Source of the DNA: an uncultured bacterium
GTDB lineage: Bacteria; Patescibacteriota; Minisyncoccia; Phycocordibacterales; GWA1-40-21
Direction of reading: 5' to 3'
Assembly (NCBI GenBank): GCA_903831305.1
Contig: CAIKXE010000007.1
Span: 1-39,360, forward strand
DNA length: 39,360 bases
The notes under the pieces are model-generated. The model made no database searches, had not been told where the DNA came from, and saw only the letters and a list, made by a program, of their open reading frames with translations. Of this stretch, positions 25,361 to 35,575 are shown piece after piece (positions within the stretch are counted from its first letter, which is position 1; every line of letters begins with the position of its first letter). Made by a program: the position numbers and the translations under genes.

Positions 25361-26584
25361 ATGATAAAAAGTCAAGACTTAAAGAAGTATCATCTGCCCG
25401 ACGCACCAGGAGTGTATTTTTTTAAAGCTGGAAATCGGGTGTTGTATATTGGCAAAGCGACATCACTCAAGGATCGGGTGAAAAGCTATTTTTCAATTGA
25501 CTTGATCAGCACTCGGGGTCCCTTATTGGTGGATTTAATTTACAAAGCTAATAAGATTGACTTTATTAAAACAGATTCGGTTTTGGAAGCGGTTATATTG
25601 GAGGCTAATTTAATAAAAAAACATCAGCCTAAATATAATACTAAGGAAAAAGATAATAAAAGTTTTAATTATGTAGTAATCACAAAGGAAGACTTTCCCA
25701 GAGTTTTGATTGTGCGAGGAAGGGAAATTGATAAGGGTCTGCCCTATGTTATTAAAAATAAATTCGGGCCATTTACCAATGGTACCGCCTTGAAAAGTGC
25801 TTTAAAAATAGTTCGACACATATTTCCGTTTCGGGATCGCTGCGTACCTCATTCTAGCCATCCTTGTTTTAATTATCAAATTGGTCTTTGCCCTGGTATT
25901 TGTACTGATGCTATTAGTAAAAGGGATTATCAGAGAGTTATCAGAAATATCAAATTGTTTTTTGAAGGTAAAAAGAGTCAGGTGATTCGTACTTTAAAAG
26001 GAGAAATGAAAGCATTCGCCAAAAGAGGCGAATATGAAAATGCAGGGCAGACGAGAAATAAAATCTTCTCTCTCAATCATATTCAGGATGTGGCACTTCT
26101 TCCCTCATTGGATAAGGAGGGATTAAGGGAGGTGGGGGAATCTTTCCGTATTGAGGCTTATGATGCCGCTCATTTGTCTGGTACAAATAATGTGGGGGTG
26201 ATGGTGGTGATGGAGCGTGGAGAATATAAGAAATCAGATTATCGAAAATTTAAAATCCAAAACAGTAAAGGAAACGATACAGGGGCTTTAGCTGAGATGC
26301 TTAACCGCCGGTTGGGGCATGCAGAATGGCCGTATCCAAACTTGGTGGTGGTAGACGGTGGGCTGGCACAACTTAATATAGCAAGGAAAATTACCCGTCA
26401 ACATCGTATGTTGACGCCTATAGTGGCGGTGACCAAGGATGATCACCACAAGTCTAAGGCTATCATTGGTGATGAGGCGATAGTAAGTAAATATAAGAGT
26501 CAAATTTTGCAGATAAATAATGAGGCCCACCGTTTTGCTGTCAAATATCATCGGTCTAAGAGTCAGTTAAAATATATTGACTAG
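25361..26584 (+). CDS. uvrC: Excinuclease ABC subunit C (short form)
   Basis: LPDAPGVY, YIGKA GIY-YIG domain, RIEAYD, DYRKF, VDGG and EAHRFA motifs; no C-terminal HhH. ATG 25361 preferred to TTG 25343. Confidence 0.93.
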   Translation: MIKSQDLKKYHLPDAPGVYFFKAGNRVLYIGKATSLKDRVKSYFSIDLISTRGPLLVDLIYKANKIDFIKTDSVLEAVILEANLIKKHQPKYNTKEKDNKSFNYVVITKEDFPRVLIVRGREIDKGLPYVIKNKFGPFTNGTALKSALKIVRHIFPFRDRCVPHSSHPCFNYQIGLCPGICTDAISKRDYQRVIRNIKLFFEGKKSQVIRTLKGEMKAFAKRGEYENAGQTRNKIFSLNHIQDVALLPSLDKEGLREVGESFRIEAYDAAHLSGTNNVGVMVVMERGEYKKSDYRKFKIQNSKGNDTGALAEMLNRRLGHAEWPYPNLVVVDGGLAQLNIARKITRQHRMLTPIVAVTKDDHHKSKAIIGDEAIVSKYKSQILQINNEAHRFAVKYHRSKSQLKYID

Positions 26585-26664
26585 TTACTTTGTTTTGTGC
26601 ATAATACCCACTAGAAATCATAGCATTTCGCTGTGGTAGAGATGAATAAAAAGGAGGGTACATT

Positions 26665-26826
26665 GTGAACAAGCATCATCGGGGTGGTCGTGAAGCCACG
26701 AGCCGGGAGTCAGGCTGGCTATGGGGGCTACTGCTGGTGGCCATCATTGTCGCGGTTTTTATTATGATCGCAGGACTTCAACCGTCGGCCGTCGCCAAGA
26801 CACCGGTTACGACGGGTAGTAGATGA
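26665..26826 (+). CDS. 53-aa single-TM peptide, not in the ORF track
   Basis: MNKHHRGGREATSRESGWLWGLLLVAIIVAVFIMIAGLQPSAVAKTPVTTGSR. AAGGAGG SD, GTG start and TTGACT-17-CATAAT promoter (26577-26605). Confidence 0.6.
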   Translation: MNKHHRGGREATSRESGWLWGLLLVAIIVAVFIMIAGLQPSAVAKTPVTTGSR

Positions 26827-26845
26827 TGTCAAAACAAGAAAGGGA

Positions 26846-26875
26846 AAAGGCTCACGGTGCACACCGTGAGCCTTT
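26846..26875. terminator. Terminator-like hairpin
   Basis: AAAGGCTCACGGTG/CACCGTGAGCCTTT 14-bp inverted repeat. Confidence 0.7.
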
Positions 26876-26923
26876 CAAGTTTAAATTTTGTAAATATGGA
26901 TAGGGGTATGATATAATATTTAC

Positions 26924-27889
26924 ATGACTAAGAAAAAAGTGGGAGTGCTCCGGGGTGGGCCATCTAGTGAATATGAAGTGTCACTTAAAACCGGTAAATC
27001 CGTGATTGATTCTTTAGCTGACCGGTATACGGTGTTGGATATTTTTATAGATAAAAGTGGTGTTTGGCATTATCTAGGAGCGCCCATAGCACCAGAGAAG
27101 ATATTTAAAAAGGTGGATGTTATTTTCAATGCTTTACACGGCGCTTACGGTGAAGATGGCACTGTCCAGAAACTTTTAGATAATTACAGTATTCCTTATA
27201 CCGGTTCTCGGGCTCTGGCCTCTGCAGTGGGGATGAATAAAGCACTATCTAAAAAGGTTTATAAAAATTATGATTTAAAAACCCCGCTCTCTGTGATAGT
27301 CACGGCTACGGATTGTTCCAGTGGAGAACTTTTAAACTTATTTAAGTCCTTTCCTATGCCAGCCGTGGTCAAGCCGGTTTCTGGCGGATCATCCGTCGGT
27401 ACCGCTATCGCTAAAACTTTGGCTGATTTGGAGCTAGCCGTGGCTGATGCCTTAAAATATTCTCGTCAGGCTCTGATAGAGGAATTTATTGCTGGTAAGG
27501 AGGCAACTTGTGGCGTGGTGGATGAGTTTCGGGATGAGGAAATATATTCATTATTACCAGTAGAGATTAGAAAACCTTTTGGTTCTGCTTTTTTTGATTA
27601 TCAGGCCAAGTATGGTGGACAGTCACAGGAAATTTGTCCTGGTAATTTTACGCCTAAGGAGAAAAAGGAGATTCAAGATATGGCTCGGCAAGCTCACAAA
27701 GCTTTAGGACTCCGTCACTATTCACGTTCAGATTTTATCATCCATCCTAAGCGGGGGATATACATTTTAGAGACCAATACTCTACCTGGTCTAACTAGCG
27801 AATCCATATTACCCAAGTCTCTTCAGGCCGTTGGCTGTTCACTCCCAGATTTCCTAGACCATCTGATTATCTTGGCCTTAAAAAAGTAG
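26924..27889 (+). CDS. ddl: D-alanine--D-alanine ligase
   Basis: GGPSSEYEVSL, LHGAYGEDG, GSSVG, DYQAKY and ETNTLPGLT motifs. Confidence 0.97.
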   Translation: MTKKKVGVLRGGPSSEYEVSLKTGKSVIDSLADRYTVLDIFIDKSGVWHYLGAPIAPEKIFKKVDVIFNALHGAYGEDGTVQKLLDNYSIPYTGSRALASAVGMNKALSKKVYKNYDLKTPLSVIVTATDCSSGELLNLFKSFPMPAVVKPVSGGSSVGTAIAKTLADLELAVADALKYSRQALIEEFIAGKEATCGVVDEFRDEEIYSLLPVEIRKPFGSAFFDYQAKYGGQSQEICPGNFTPKEKKEIQDMARQAHKALGLRHYSRSDFIIHPKRGIYILETNTLPGLTSESILPKSLQAVGCSLPDFLDHLIILALKK

Positions 27890-27895
27890 GATAAC

Positions 27896-27929
27896 AAAAA
27901 ACCCGGTTCCTGGCGGAAGCGGGTTTTTT
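27896..27929. terminator. Bidirectional intrinsic terminator
   Basis: AAAAAACCCG.TTCC/GGAA.CGGGTTTTTT between the convergent ddl and cold-shock genes. Confidence 0.75.
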
Positions 27930-27964
27930 GCTTACTATTACTTGCGTCACGAAGACGCTAGTAA

Positions 27965-28165
27965 TTAGGCTTTGGTCACGTTGACAGCTGCTGGGCCCTT
28001 TGGGGTCTCTTCAGTGTCAAATGATACAGCGTCTCCTTCTCTTAGGTCAGCGAAAGCAACACCAGAAAGGGAATTGCTATGGAAAAATAAATCCTTAGCT
28101 AAACCTTCAGCGGTGATGAAACCGAAACCTTTGTCAGAGACCAATTTCTTAATTGTACCGGTCAT
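27965..28165 (-). CDS. Cold-shock protein (CspA family)
   Basis: KGFGFI (RNP1), DLFFH (RNP2) and KGPAAVNV motifs. Confidence 0.96.
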   Translation of the reverse strand: MTGTIKKLVSDKGFGFITAEGLAKDLFFHSNSLSGVAFADLREGDAVSFDTEETPKGPAAVNVTKA

Positions 28166-28322
28166 TGATTATTGTTTATTTGATAAAATACAAACGAACG
28201 TTATGCTCTAAAAATCGACTAATTTTTTGCGACACACCTCTATTTGTTATTCAAGTATAGCATATCTGATTTTTTCTGTCAAGCTGATTTTACAAATAGG
28301 CTGGGACAATCCTTTTTTTGGC

Positions 28323-28331
28323 TGTGGATAA
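28323..28331 (-). promoter_or_regulatory. DnaA box next to the rpoB promoter
   Basis: TGTGGATAA (reverse complement of TTATCCACA) just upstream of TTGACA at 28337. Confidence 0.5.
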
Positions 28332-28517
28332 AGTCCTTGACAATATATGTATATTAGTATAGGCTACTTTTACATTAGCAAGATTGAGTCACGGGGGAAA
28401 GAATTAGTAGCATAATTAATTTGACTTGCTTATCATAAGAAAAAGATAAATTTTATCAATTTGTAAGACGCCTTTGTCGGAGAGGTGTTTTTTGTGTCGT
28501 ATCAGTAATTTAACAAG

Positions 28518-28592
28518 AGAAAATAAAAACTATTTAAATTTTTTTGTCCAGACCCAACCAGACTAAAAAAATTCAAATATTTCTTATTTTCT
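28518..28592. other. Long imperfect hairpin upstream of rpoB
   Basis: ~31-bp AT-rich stem closed by GTC...CAACCAGAC. Confidence 0.7.
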
Positions 28593-28620
28593 ATCAGTTT
28601 ATTAACAAGGAAGAAAAAAT

Positions 28621-31600
28621 ATGAAATCAGTCAAAAGAGAGAAAAAGTATTTTGGAAAGTTCAAGGCGCCACTTATCAGTACCCCAAATATGGTTTCTCA
28701 CCAGACCGAGTCTTTCAAGTGGCTTTTGGAGAAAGGTCTCGCTGAGGTGTTTAAGGAATTTTCACCGATCCGGGACTATGCGGAGAAAAAGTTTGAGCTT
28801 TCTTTCTCGGCTTTTGAAATCACCAAGCCCAAGTATGACGAGCATTATGCTAAGGACAATAAAATGTCCTATGAAGGCAAGCTCTCTGCTAAGGTAAAAT
28901 TAAAGAATAAAATCCTCTCCACGGAAAAGGAACAAGAAATCTTTTTGACTGATATTCCGCTAATGACTGATCACGGTACCTTTGTCATCAATGGTATTGA
29001 AAGAGTTATCGTGCCACAGCTGGCGCGCTCCTTTGGTATGTTCTTTACGACGAATGAAGTAAAAGGCAAAGCTTACTTTGGAGCTAAAATCATTCCTTCC
29101 CGTGGTGCTTGGATTGAGATCGAGTCTGATGCCGATGATTTGATTTATGTAAAGATTGATAAGAAGAGGAAATTTTCTATCATCTCTCTTTTGCGTGTGA
29201 TGGGGGCAACAGATAAAGAGATAGTAGAGTACTTTAAGACTGATGACATGTCCCAAAAGGCCATGGAGGTAAACCTAGCCAAAGATCATGCCAAGACTGC
29301 TGATGAATCATATGTAGAGATCTACAAGCGCTTGCGTGATGGTGATCTAGCCACGGCTGAGAATGCTAAAGAGTTTATCAATGGTATTTTCAGTGCTGAC
29401 CGCTATGATATTTCCAAGGTGGGACGTTTCCGCTTTAACAAGCGTTTTGGTAAAGTGATGGAAGGTAAGGAACTAGAGCGCAAGACAATAAACCTGGATG
29501 ACCTTTTTACTATCATCGCTAAGATCGTTTCTCTAAACCATGATGAGGATGCGGTGGAAGATGATATTGACCACCTTGGTTCTAGACGCGTGCGTTTTGT
29601 GGGAGAACTTTTCCAGTCCAAAATCCGCATCGGTATGTCTCAGATGAAGAGAAATATCCAGGACCGTATGTCTACTGTGGATCCAGACATCACCATGCCG
29701 GTAAACTTTATTTCCCCACGACCACTCCAAGCCCGAATCAAGGAATTTTTCACTACCAACCAGCTATCACAGTTTATGGCGCAGGAAAATATCTTGCAAG
29801 AAATCGAGCATCTCCGGACTTTGTCTGCGCTCGGACCCGGCGGACTCACTCGTGAGCGTGCCGGCTTTGAAGTGCGTGACGTGCACCCTAGTCACTATGG
29901 TCGCGTTTGCCCTATCCATACGCCTGAAGGACCAAACATTGGTTTGATTTTGCGTTTGTCCGTCTATGCTCGCGTGAACGACTTTGGTATGATTGAGACT
30001 CCTTATGCTAAAGTCAAACACGGTGTAGTCACAGATGAAGTAAAATATTTAAATGCTTTAGAAGAAGAGAACTTCAAGATTGCCCACTTTGCTACCAAAG
30101 TGGATGCCAAGAGTAAAATAATTGATGAAGAGGTGGAGGTCCGCGTGAACGGTATTCCGACCGTGGTAAAGAGTAATGAAGTGGACTTTATGGATGTGGC
30201 CACTAATCAGGCTTTCTCCATTGCTACTTCCATGATTCCTTTCTTAAACCATGATGATGCTAACCGCGCCTTGATGGGTTCGAACATGCAGAAGCAGGCG
30301 GTACCATGTCTTCGACCAGAAGCCCCACTCGTGGCTACTGGTATTGAAGAGGAAGCCGCTCGTTACACCGGTAGACTGATCTATGCGGAAGAGGCTGGTG
30401 AGGTCACCTATTTGGATTCCAAGAAAATTGTTATCACTAATGATAGCAAGAAAGAGAAAGAATATAATCTGATTCAATTCTCCCGAACCAACAGCTTTAC
30501 CGTTTTTCACCAGAGGCCAGTTGTATCTTTAGGTCAGAAAGTAAAGAAGGGTGAACTCTTGGCTGATACTTCATCTTCGGATAAGGGTCAGACCTCCATC
30601 GGTCAAAATATTTTGATTGCCTTTATGTCTTGGTCAGGAAGTAACTATGAGGATGCTATTATATTGTCTGAAAGATTAGTCAAGGATAGTAAATTTACCT
30701 CTATTCACATTGAAGAGTTTGTGGTAAACGTGCGTGATACCAAGCTTGGACCAGAGGTCACCACTCATGATATTCCAAACGTCGGTGAAGCTAAATTAAA
30801 GAACTTGGATGAAGACGGTGTGGTCCGGGTGGGAGCTGAGGTTCGCCCTGGGGACATCATCGTCGGTAAAATCACCCCTAAGGGTGAGACTCAGTTGACC
30901 CCAGAAGAGAGATTGCTCCGGTCTATCTTTGGTGAGAAGGCTCGTGATGTAAAGGATACTTCCAAGAGACTGGAAGGAGGTAAGAAAGGCAGAATTGTTT
31001 CCGTCAAAGTATTTTCTCGTGAAAAAGGAGACAAACTAGAAAGTGGAATTATCAAGAGAATCCATATTGAGGTGGCGGAACTCCGCAGTATTTCCGTGGG
31101 AGACAAGCTCTCCGGACGCCACGGTAACAAGGGAGTTATTTCCAAGATTTTGCCAGAAGAGGATATGCCATATATGCCAGACGGCCGACCTGTGGATATG
31201 ATCCTTACCCCACTCGGTGTGCCTTCTCGTATGAACTTGGGACAGATTTTGGAGCTTCACTTGGGACTCGCCGCTAACACTTTGAATTATCAAGCTATCG
31301 TGCCACCATTTGCTGGTGCTACCGATGCGGAGATCAAAGCCGAGTTAGTCAAAGCTGGTTTCCAAGAAAGCGGTAAAATGAAACTTTATGATGGCCGAAC
31401 GGGTGAAAAGTTTAACCAGGAAGTCGCCGTGGGTTATATGTATATCTTGAAACTGCACCATGAAGTGGAAGACAAGATCCACATGCGATCCATCGGTCCG
31501 TACTCTCTCATTACTCAACAGCCTTTGGGAGGACGGGCTCAAGGAGGAGGACAGCGCTTTGGAGAAATGGAAGTCTGGGCCTTGCTTGGTCACGGTGCCG

Positions 31601-31827
31601 CTTATACCTTGCGTGAAATGCTCACCATCAAATCCGATGATATCGTCGGTCGTTCTGCCGCCTTTGATTCTATTGTGAAGGGCGAGCGTATCAAGCAACC
31701 AAATATTCCCGCTTCGTTTAACGTGCTTCTCAATAACCTGAGAGGTCTAGGGCTCGACGTTGAACTCTTAAAAAATTCTCCTGGTAACGGTAAAAAACCC
31801 GTTTCCTTTGAGGAAGAGGAGAGATAA
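28621..31827 (+). CDS. rpoB: RNA polymerase beta subunit
   Basis: GPGGLTRERAGFEVRDVH, RALMGSNMQ, GDKLSGRHGNKG and GGQRFGEME motifs. Confidence 0.99.
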   Translation: MKSVKREKKYFGKFKAPLISTPNMVSHQTESFKWLLEKGLAEVFKEFSPIRDYAEKKFELSFSAFEITKPKYDEHYAKDNKMSYEGKLSAKVKLKNKILSTEKEQEIFLTDIPLMTDHGTFVINGIERVIVPQLARSFGMFFTTNEVKGKAYFGAKIIPSRGAWIEIESDADDLIYVKIDKKRKFSIISLLRVMGATDKEIVEYFKTDDMSQKAMEVNLAKDHAKTADESYVEIYKRLRDGDLATAENAKEFINGIFSADRYDISKVGRFRFNKRFGKVMEGKELERKTINLDDLFTIIAKIVSLNHDEDAVEDDIDHLGSRRVRFVGELFQSKIRIGMSQMKRNIQDRMSTVDPDITMPVNFISPRPLQARIKEFFTTNQLSQFMAQENILQEIEHLRTLSALGPGGLTRERAGFEVRDVHPSHYGRVCPIHTPEGPNIGLILRLSVYARVNDFGMIETPYAKVKHGVVTDEVKYLNALEEENFKIAHFATKVDAKSKIIDEEVEVRVNGIPTVVKSNEVDFMDVATNQAFSIATSMIPFLNHDDANRALMGSNMQKQAVPCLRPEAPLVATGIEEEAARYTGRLIYAEEAGEVTYLDSKKIVITNDSKKEKEYNLIQFSRTNSFTVFHQRPVVSLGQKVKKGELLADTSSSDKGQTSIGQNILIAFMSWSGSNYEDAIILSERLVKDSKFTSIHIEEFVVNVRDTKLGPEVTTHDIPNVGEAKLKNLDEDGVVRVGAEVRPGDIIVGKITPKGETQLTPEERLLRSIFGEKARDVKDTSKRLEGGKKGRIVSVKVFSREKGDKLESGIIKRIHIEVAELRSISVGDKLSGRHGNKGVISKILPEEDMPYMPDGRPVDMILTPLGVPSRMNLGQILELHLGLAANTLNYQAIVPPFAGATDAEIKAELVKAGFQESGKMKLYDGRTGEKFNQEVAVGYMYILKLHHEVEDKIHMRSIGPYSLITQQPLGGRAQGGGQRFGEMEVWALLGHGAAYTLREMLTIKSDDIVGRSAAFDSIVKGERIKQPNIPASFNVLLNNLRGLGLDVELLKNSPGNGKKPVSFEEEER

Positions 31828-31859
31828 AAGCAAAATCATAATTAAACAAAAACAAAAAT

Positions 31860-34800
31860 ATGAATAATAAAAATAAAAATGTTGAGTTCAATGATTTTGA
31901 TGCCATCTCGCTGAAGGTGGCCTCCCCAGAGATCATTAAAGGCTGGTCCTACGGTGAAGTCACGAGACCAGAAACTATTAACTATCGTACCCAGCGTTCA
32001 GAAAAGAGCGGTCTCTTTGATGAGAAAATCTTTGGTCCCGATAAGGATTATGAATGTTACTGTGGTAAGTATAAAGGTATTCGTTATAAAGGAATTGTTT
32101 GTGAAAAATGTGGGGTAGAGATTACCCGCTCCATAGTGCGCCGTGAGCGCATGGGTCATATTGAGCTCGCTTCCCCGGTTTCTCATATTTGGTTCTTGCG
32201 TGGTATTCCATCTAAAATCGGAACTATGCTTGGCATGACCACGGCCGATCTGGAAAAAGTGATTTACTTTGCTGGTTATATTATCACTGTCACCCATGAA
32301 GCCGAGCGCGAGAGAATCCTCCATGATATTGATAATGAATTCAAGCAAAAAGTCAAAACCGTCCAAGATGAAAAGACTAAGGAGGCTTTGAAGGAACTTT
32401 TGCTCAATGCTAAGAAAGAAGTAGAAAGCATCCGTGAAGGCGTGGTGATTGATGAAGTCCTCTATCACAAGTATTCCATGAAATATGGTTCCTTGTTTGA
32501 GGCATCCATCGGCGCCGAGGCCATATATGATATTTTGAAAAATATTGATTTAGCAGATTTGGAGAAGAAGCTCGAGGTTGAATTAGAAAAAGTGAGTTCT
32601 TTGGAGAGAGAAAAACTAAACAAAAGAATCTCATTAGTTCGTTCTATGAAAGAGGCCGAAGTTAAACCCGAGTGGATGTTTCTTACTCGCGTGCCAGTGA
32701 TACCTCCAGCTTTGCGACCAATGGTGCCATTAGATGGAGGTCGCTATGCTACGTCCGATGTGAATGATCTGTACCGCCGAGTGATAAATAGAAATAATCG
32801 TCTGTTAAAGCTCAAGGAGATCAATGCCCCAGAAGTTATTTTGCGAAACGAAAAAAGAATTTTGCAAGAAGCCGTGGACTCCCTGATTGATAACTCTATC
32901 CGCAGTGGCAATGATACTTTTTCCGCGGTGGGAAATTCTCAGAAGCGCGCCTTAAAATCGCTGGCTGATAACTTGAAGGGTAAGCGCGGTCTCTTCCGTG
33001 CCAACCTCCTGGGAAAGCGCGTGGACTACTCTGGCCGTTCCGTGATTGTGGTGGGTCCAGAACTCAAACTGAACCAGTGTGGTTTGCCTAAGGCTATGGC
33101 CTTGGAGCTCTTCCGACCGTTTATTATTTCTGAACTTTTGAAAAAGGAATTAGCCTTTAATATCCGGGGGGCCGGCCGTTTGATTGATGACGGTATTCCT
33201 GAGGTATGGGCGATTCTTGAAGAAATTATTGAGAACAAATACGTGCTCCTAAACCGCGCACCGACTTTGCACCGCCTAGGTATTCAGGCTTTCAAGCCAG
33301 TGCTCATTGAGGGGAGTGCTATTCAGGTGCACCCACTCGTTTGTACGGCCTTTAACGCGGACTTTGATGGAGACCAGATGGCTGTCCACGTACCACTTGG
33401 TGAGGAAGCACAGATTGAGGCCCATGAAATAATGGCTGCTGACAAAAATATTCTAAAGCCTGGTAACGCCGAGCTCACCGTTTCCGCCAAACTTTTGGAT
33501 ATTGTGCTTGGTTGTTATTGGATGACTAAGGAAGTAAAAGGCGAGCCGGGTGAAGGAAAATATTTCTCCTCTCCAAACAGCGCTATTACTACTTTTGATT
33601 TTGGTGGTATTTCTATCCGTGCTAAAATCCACGTACTTGGAACTGATAAGCCTAAATACCATCATCTAGAGGGTAAAGCTTTTGAGACCACAGTTGGTCG
33701 GTTACTTTTTAACTCTACTTTGCCTGCGGACTATCCGTTTGTAAATAAGGAAATTACCAAGAAAACTATGTCTGCTATCCTAGATGATTTGATCAGCAAA
33801 TATGGTATTGCTAATATTCCGACTGTGCTGGATAAGATCAAGGCCTTTGGATTCAAATATGCTACTTATTCTGGTGTGACTTGGGGTATTGATGACCTGC
33901 AGATTCCATCAGAAAAGCCACAAGTGATTGCTGAGGCTAAGAGAAAATCCTTGGAGGTTCTAAACTTCTTTAATGAAGGACTTTTGACAGACGAGGAAAA
34001 ACTTCGCAAGAATATTGAGATCTGGCACGGTGCCAAGAATGAGTTGGAAAAACTTATTCCTAAGACTCTAGATCCCAATGGTTCTGTCTCTGATATGTGG
34101 GTCTCTGGTGCCCGAGGGTCCTTGGGGGCTATTACCCAGATGGCTGGTATGAAAGGTTTGATTCAGAATACCGCCGGTGAGACTATTGAGTTCCCGGTTA
34201 TCGGTTCTATGAAAGAAGGTCTGACTCCGATTGAATACTTTATTACCACTCACGGTTCACGTAAGGGTTTGACGGATACCGCGTTGAACACTGCCAAGGC
34301 TGGATACTTGACCCGACGTCTCTTTGATGTGGCTCAAGATATTGTCATTACGGAGGAGGATTGTAAAACTAAGGAAAGTATCTGTATTAAAAACGCTGGT
34401 GAGTTTGAGTCTGGTGTTTCTGTTTCCAAACATATTCGCGGTAGAATCCTTGCCTCCGACGTGTTAAATAAGGAGGGGGTAGTGATGTTTAAGAAAGGAC
34501 ATTTGTTAAAGAAAGATGAAGCTCTGAAAGTAGAGGCTGAGAGCGTGGGTGAAGTCTTTGTTCGCTCACCTTTGACCTGTAAAACTGTTCACGGTGTATG
34601 TGCAGAGTGTTATGGATCAGATCTCGGACGTGGTGAACTAGTGGGTCTAGGTGAAGCCGTGGGAACGGTGGCGGCTCAAGCTATCGGTGAACCGGGTACT
34701 CAGCTCACCATGCGTACTTTCCACTCTGGAGGTACAGCTTCTGTGGGTGGAGATATTACTCAAGGTTTGCCTCGCGTGGAAGAAGTCTTTGAAAAGAGAA

Positions 34801-35537
34801 AGCCAAAGAGTCCAGCCGTGGTAAACAAAGTTGACGGCGTGGTCACTGGTGTCAAAGATATGGGTAAGGAAAAAATCATTACTGTTCTTCCAGAGATTGA
34901 TGATAAGGCTAAAGGTAAAAAAGCGTCCGAGGTGGAATATGAATTTAGCTTCAAGAGAATTCCTTTGGTCAAGACTGGTGATAAGGTGAAGAAGGGTCAA
35001 TTATTGACTGATGGTTCGGCTGATATTGATGAGCTCTTCAAATATGGTGGCAAGGAGAAAACCATGAGCTATGTGATCACTGAAGTAAACAAGCTTTACG
35101 AATTACAAGGTGAAGCGGTATCCCGAAAGCATATTGAAATCATTGTGAAGCAGATGTTCTCCCGTATGAAAGTAAAAGATGTGGGTGATACTACGGTGTC
35201 AGAAGGTGACGTGATTGATGAATTAGATTATCGTTTGGAAAATGAAGAGGCCGAGGCCAAGAATGGTAAGGCGATGCGTGCGGAGGCGGTGGTGATGGGT
35301 ATCACTGAAGCATCTCTTGCTCGTCGTTCCTTCTTGTCAGCCGCTTCCTTCCAACACACTAACCGTGTCTTGATCAATAATGCTGTCCGTGGTTCTGTGG
35401 ATCGCCTCGTTGGTCTTAAGGAAAATGTCATTATCGGTAGACTGATCCCAGCTGGTACTGGTCATCCAGATTCTCCTAAGTTTAAAATGGTGAAGGACTT
35501 TATGGCAGAGCTTAACGCTGAAAGAGGGGAGGAATAA
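31860..35537 (+). CDS. rpoC: RNA polymerase beta-prime subunit
   Basis: [21 protein letters not shown] and [13 protein letters not shown] motifs. Confidence 0.99.
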   Translation: MNNKNKNVEFNDFDAISLKVASPEIIKGWSYGEVTRPETINYRTQRSEKSGLFDEKIFGPDKDYECYCGKYKGIRYKGIVCEKCGVEITRSIVRRERMGHIELASPVSHIWFLRGIPSKIGTMLGMTTADLEKVIYFAGYIITVTHEAERERILHDIDNEFKQKVKTVQDEKTKEALKELLLNAKKEVESIREGVVIDEVLYHKYSMKYGSLFEASIGAEAIYDILKNIDLADLEKKLEVELEKVSSLEREKLNKRISLVRSMKEAEVKPEWMFLTRVPVIPPALRPMVPLDGGRYATSDVNDLYRRVINRNNRLLKLKEINAPEVILRNEKRILQEAVDSLIDNSIRSGNDTFSAVGNSQKRALKSLADNLKGKRGLFRANLLGKRVDYSGRSVIVVGPELKLNQCGLPKAMALELFRPFIISELLKKELAFNIRGAGRLIDDGIPEVWAILEEIIENKYVLLNRAPTLHRLGIQAFKPVLIEGSAIQVHPLVCTAFNADFDGDQMAVHVPLGEEAQIEAHEIMAADKNILKPGNAELTVSAKLLDIVLGCYWMTKEVKGEPGEGKYFSSPNSAITTFDFGGISIRAKIHVLGTDKPKYHHLEGKAFETTVGRLLFNSTLPADYPFVNKEITKKTMSAILDDLISKYGIANIPTVLDKIKAFGFKYATYSGVTWGIDDLQIPSEKPQVIAEAKRKSLEVLNFFNEGLLTDEEKLRKNIEIWHGAKNELEKLIPKTLDPNGSVSDMWVSGARGSLGAITQMAGMKGLIQNTAGETIEFPVIGSMKEGLTPIEYFITTHGSRKGLTDTALNTAKAGYLTRRLFDVAQDIVITEEDCKTKESICIKNAGEFESGVSVSKHIRGRILASDVLNKEGVVMFKKGHLLKKDEALKVEAESVGEVFVRSPLTCKTVHGVCAECYGSDLGRGELVGLGEAVGTVAAQAIGEPGTQLTMRTFHSGGTASVGGDITQGLPRVEEVFEKRKPKSPAVVNKVDGVVTGVKDMGKEKIITVLPEIDDKAKGKKASEVEYEFSFKRIPLVKTGDKVKKGQLLTDGSADIDELFKYGGKEKTMSYVITEVNKLYELQGEAVSRKHIEIIVKQMFSRMKVKDVGDTTVSEGDVIDELDYRLENEEAEAKNGKAMRAEAVVMGITEASLARRSFLSAASFQHTNRVLINNAVRGSVDRLVGLKENVIIGRLIPAGTGHPDSPKFKMVKDFMAELNAERGEE

Positions 35538-35575
35538 AATTATTTAGTCGGGCATTAAAACTAAAAGCATAATTA

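Noticed and set aside
28652..35431. Many short alternative-frame and antisense ORFs within rpoB and rpoC (likewise in other core genes)
   Set aside because: Expected shadow ORFs of long conserved genes, with no motifs or independent signals.
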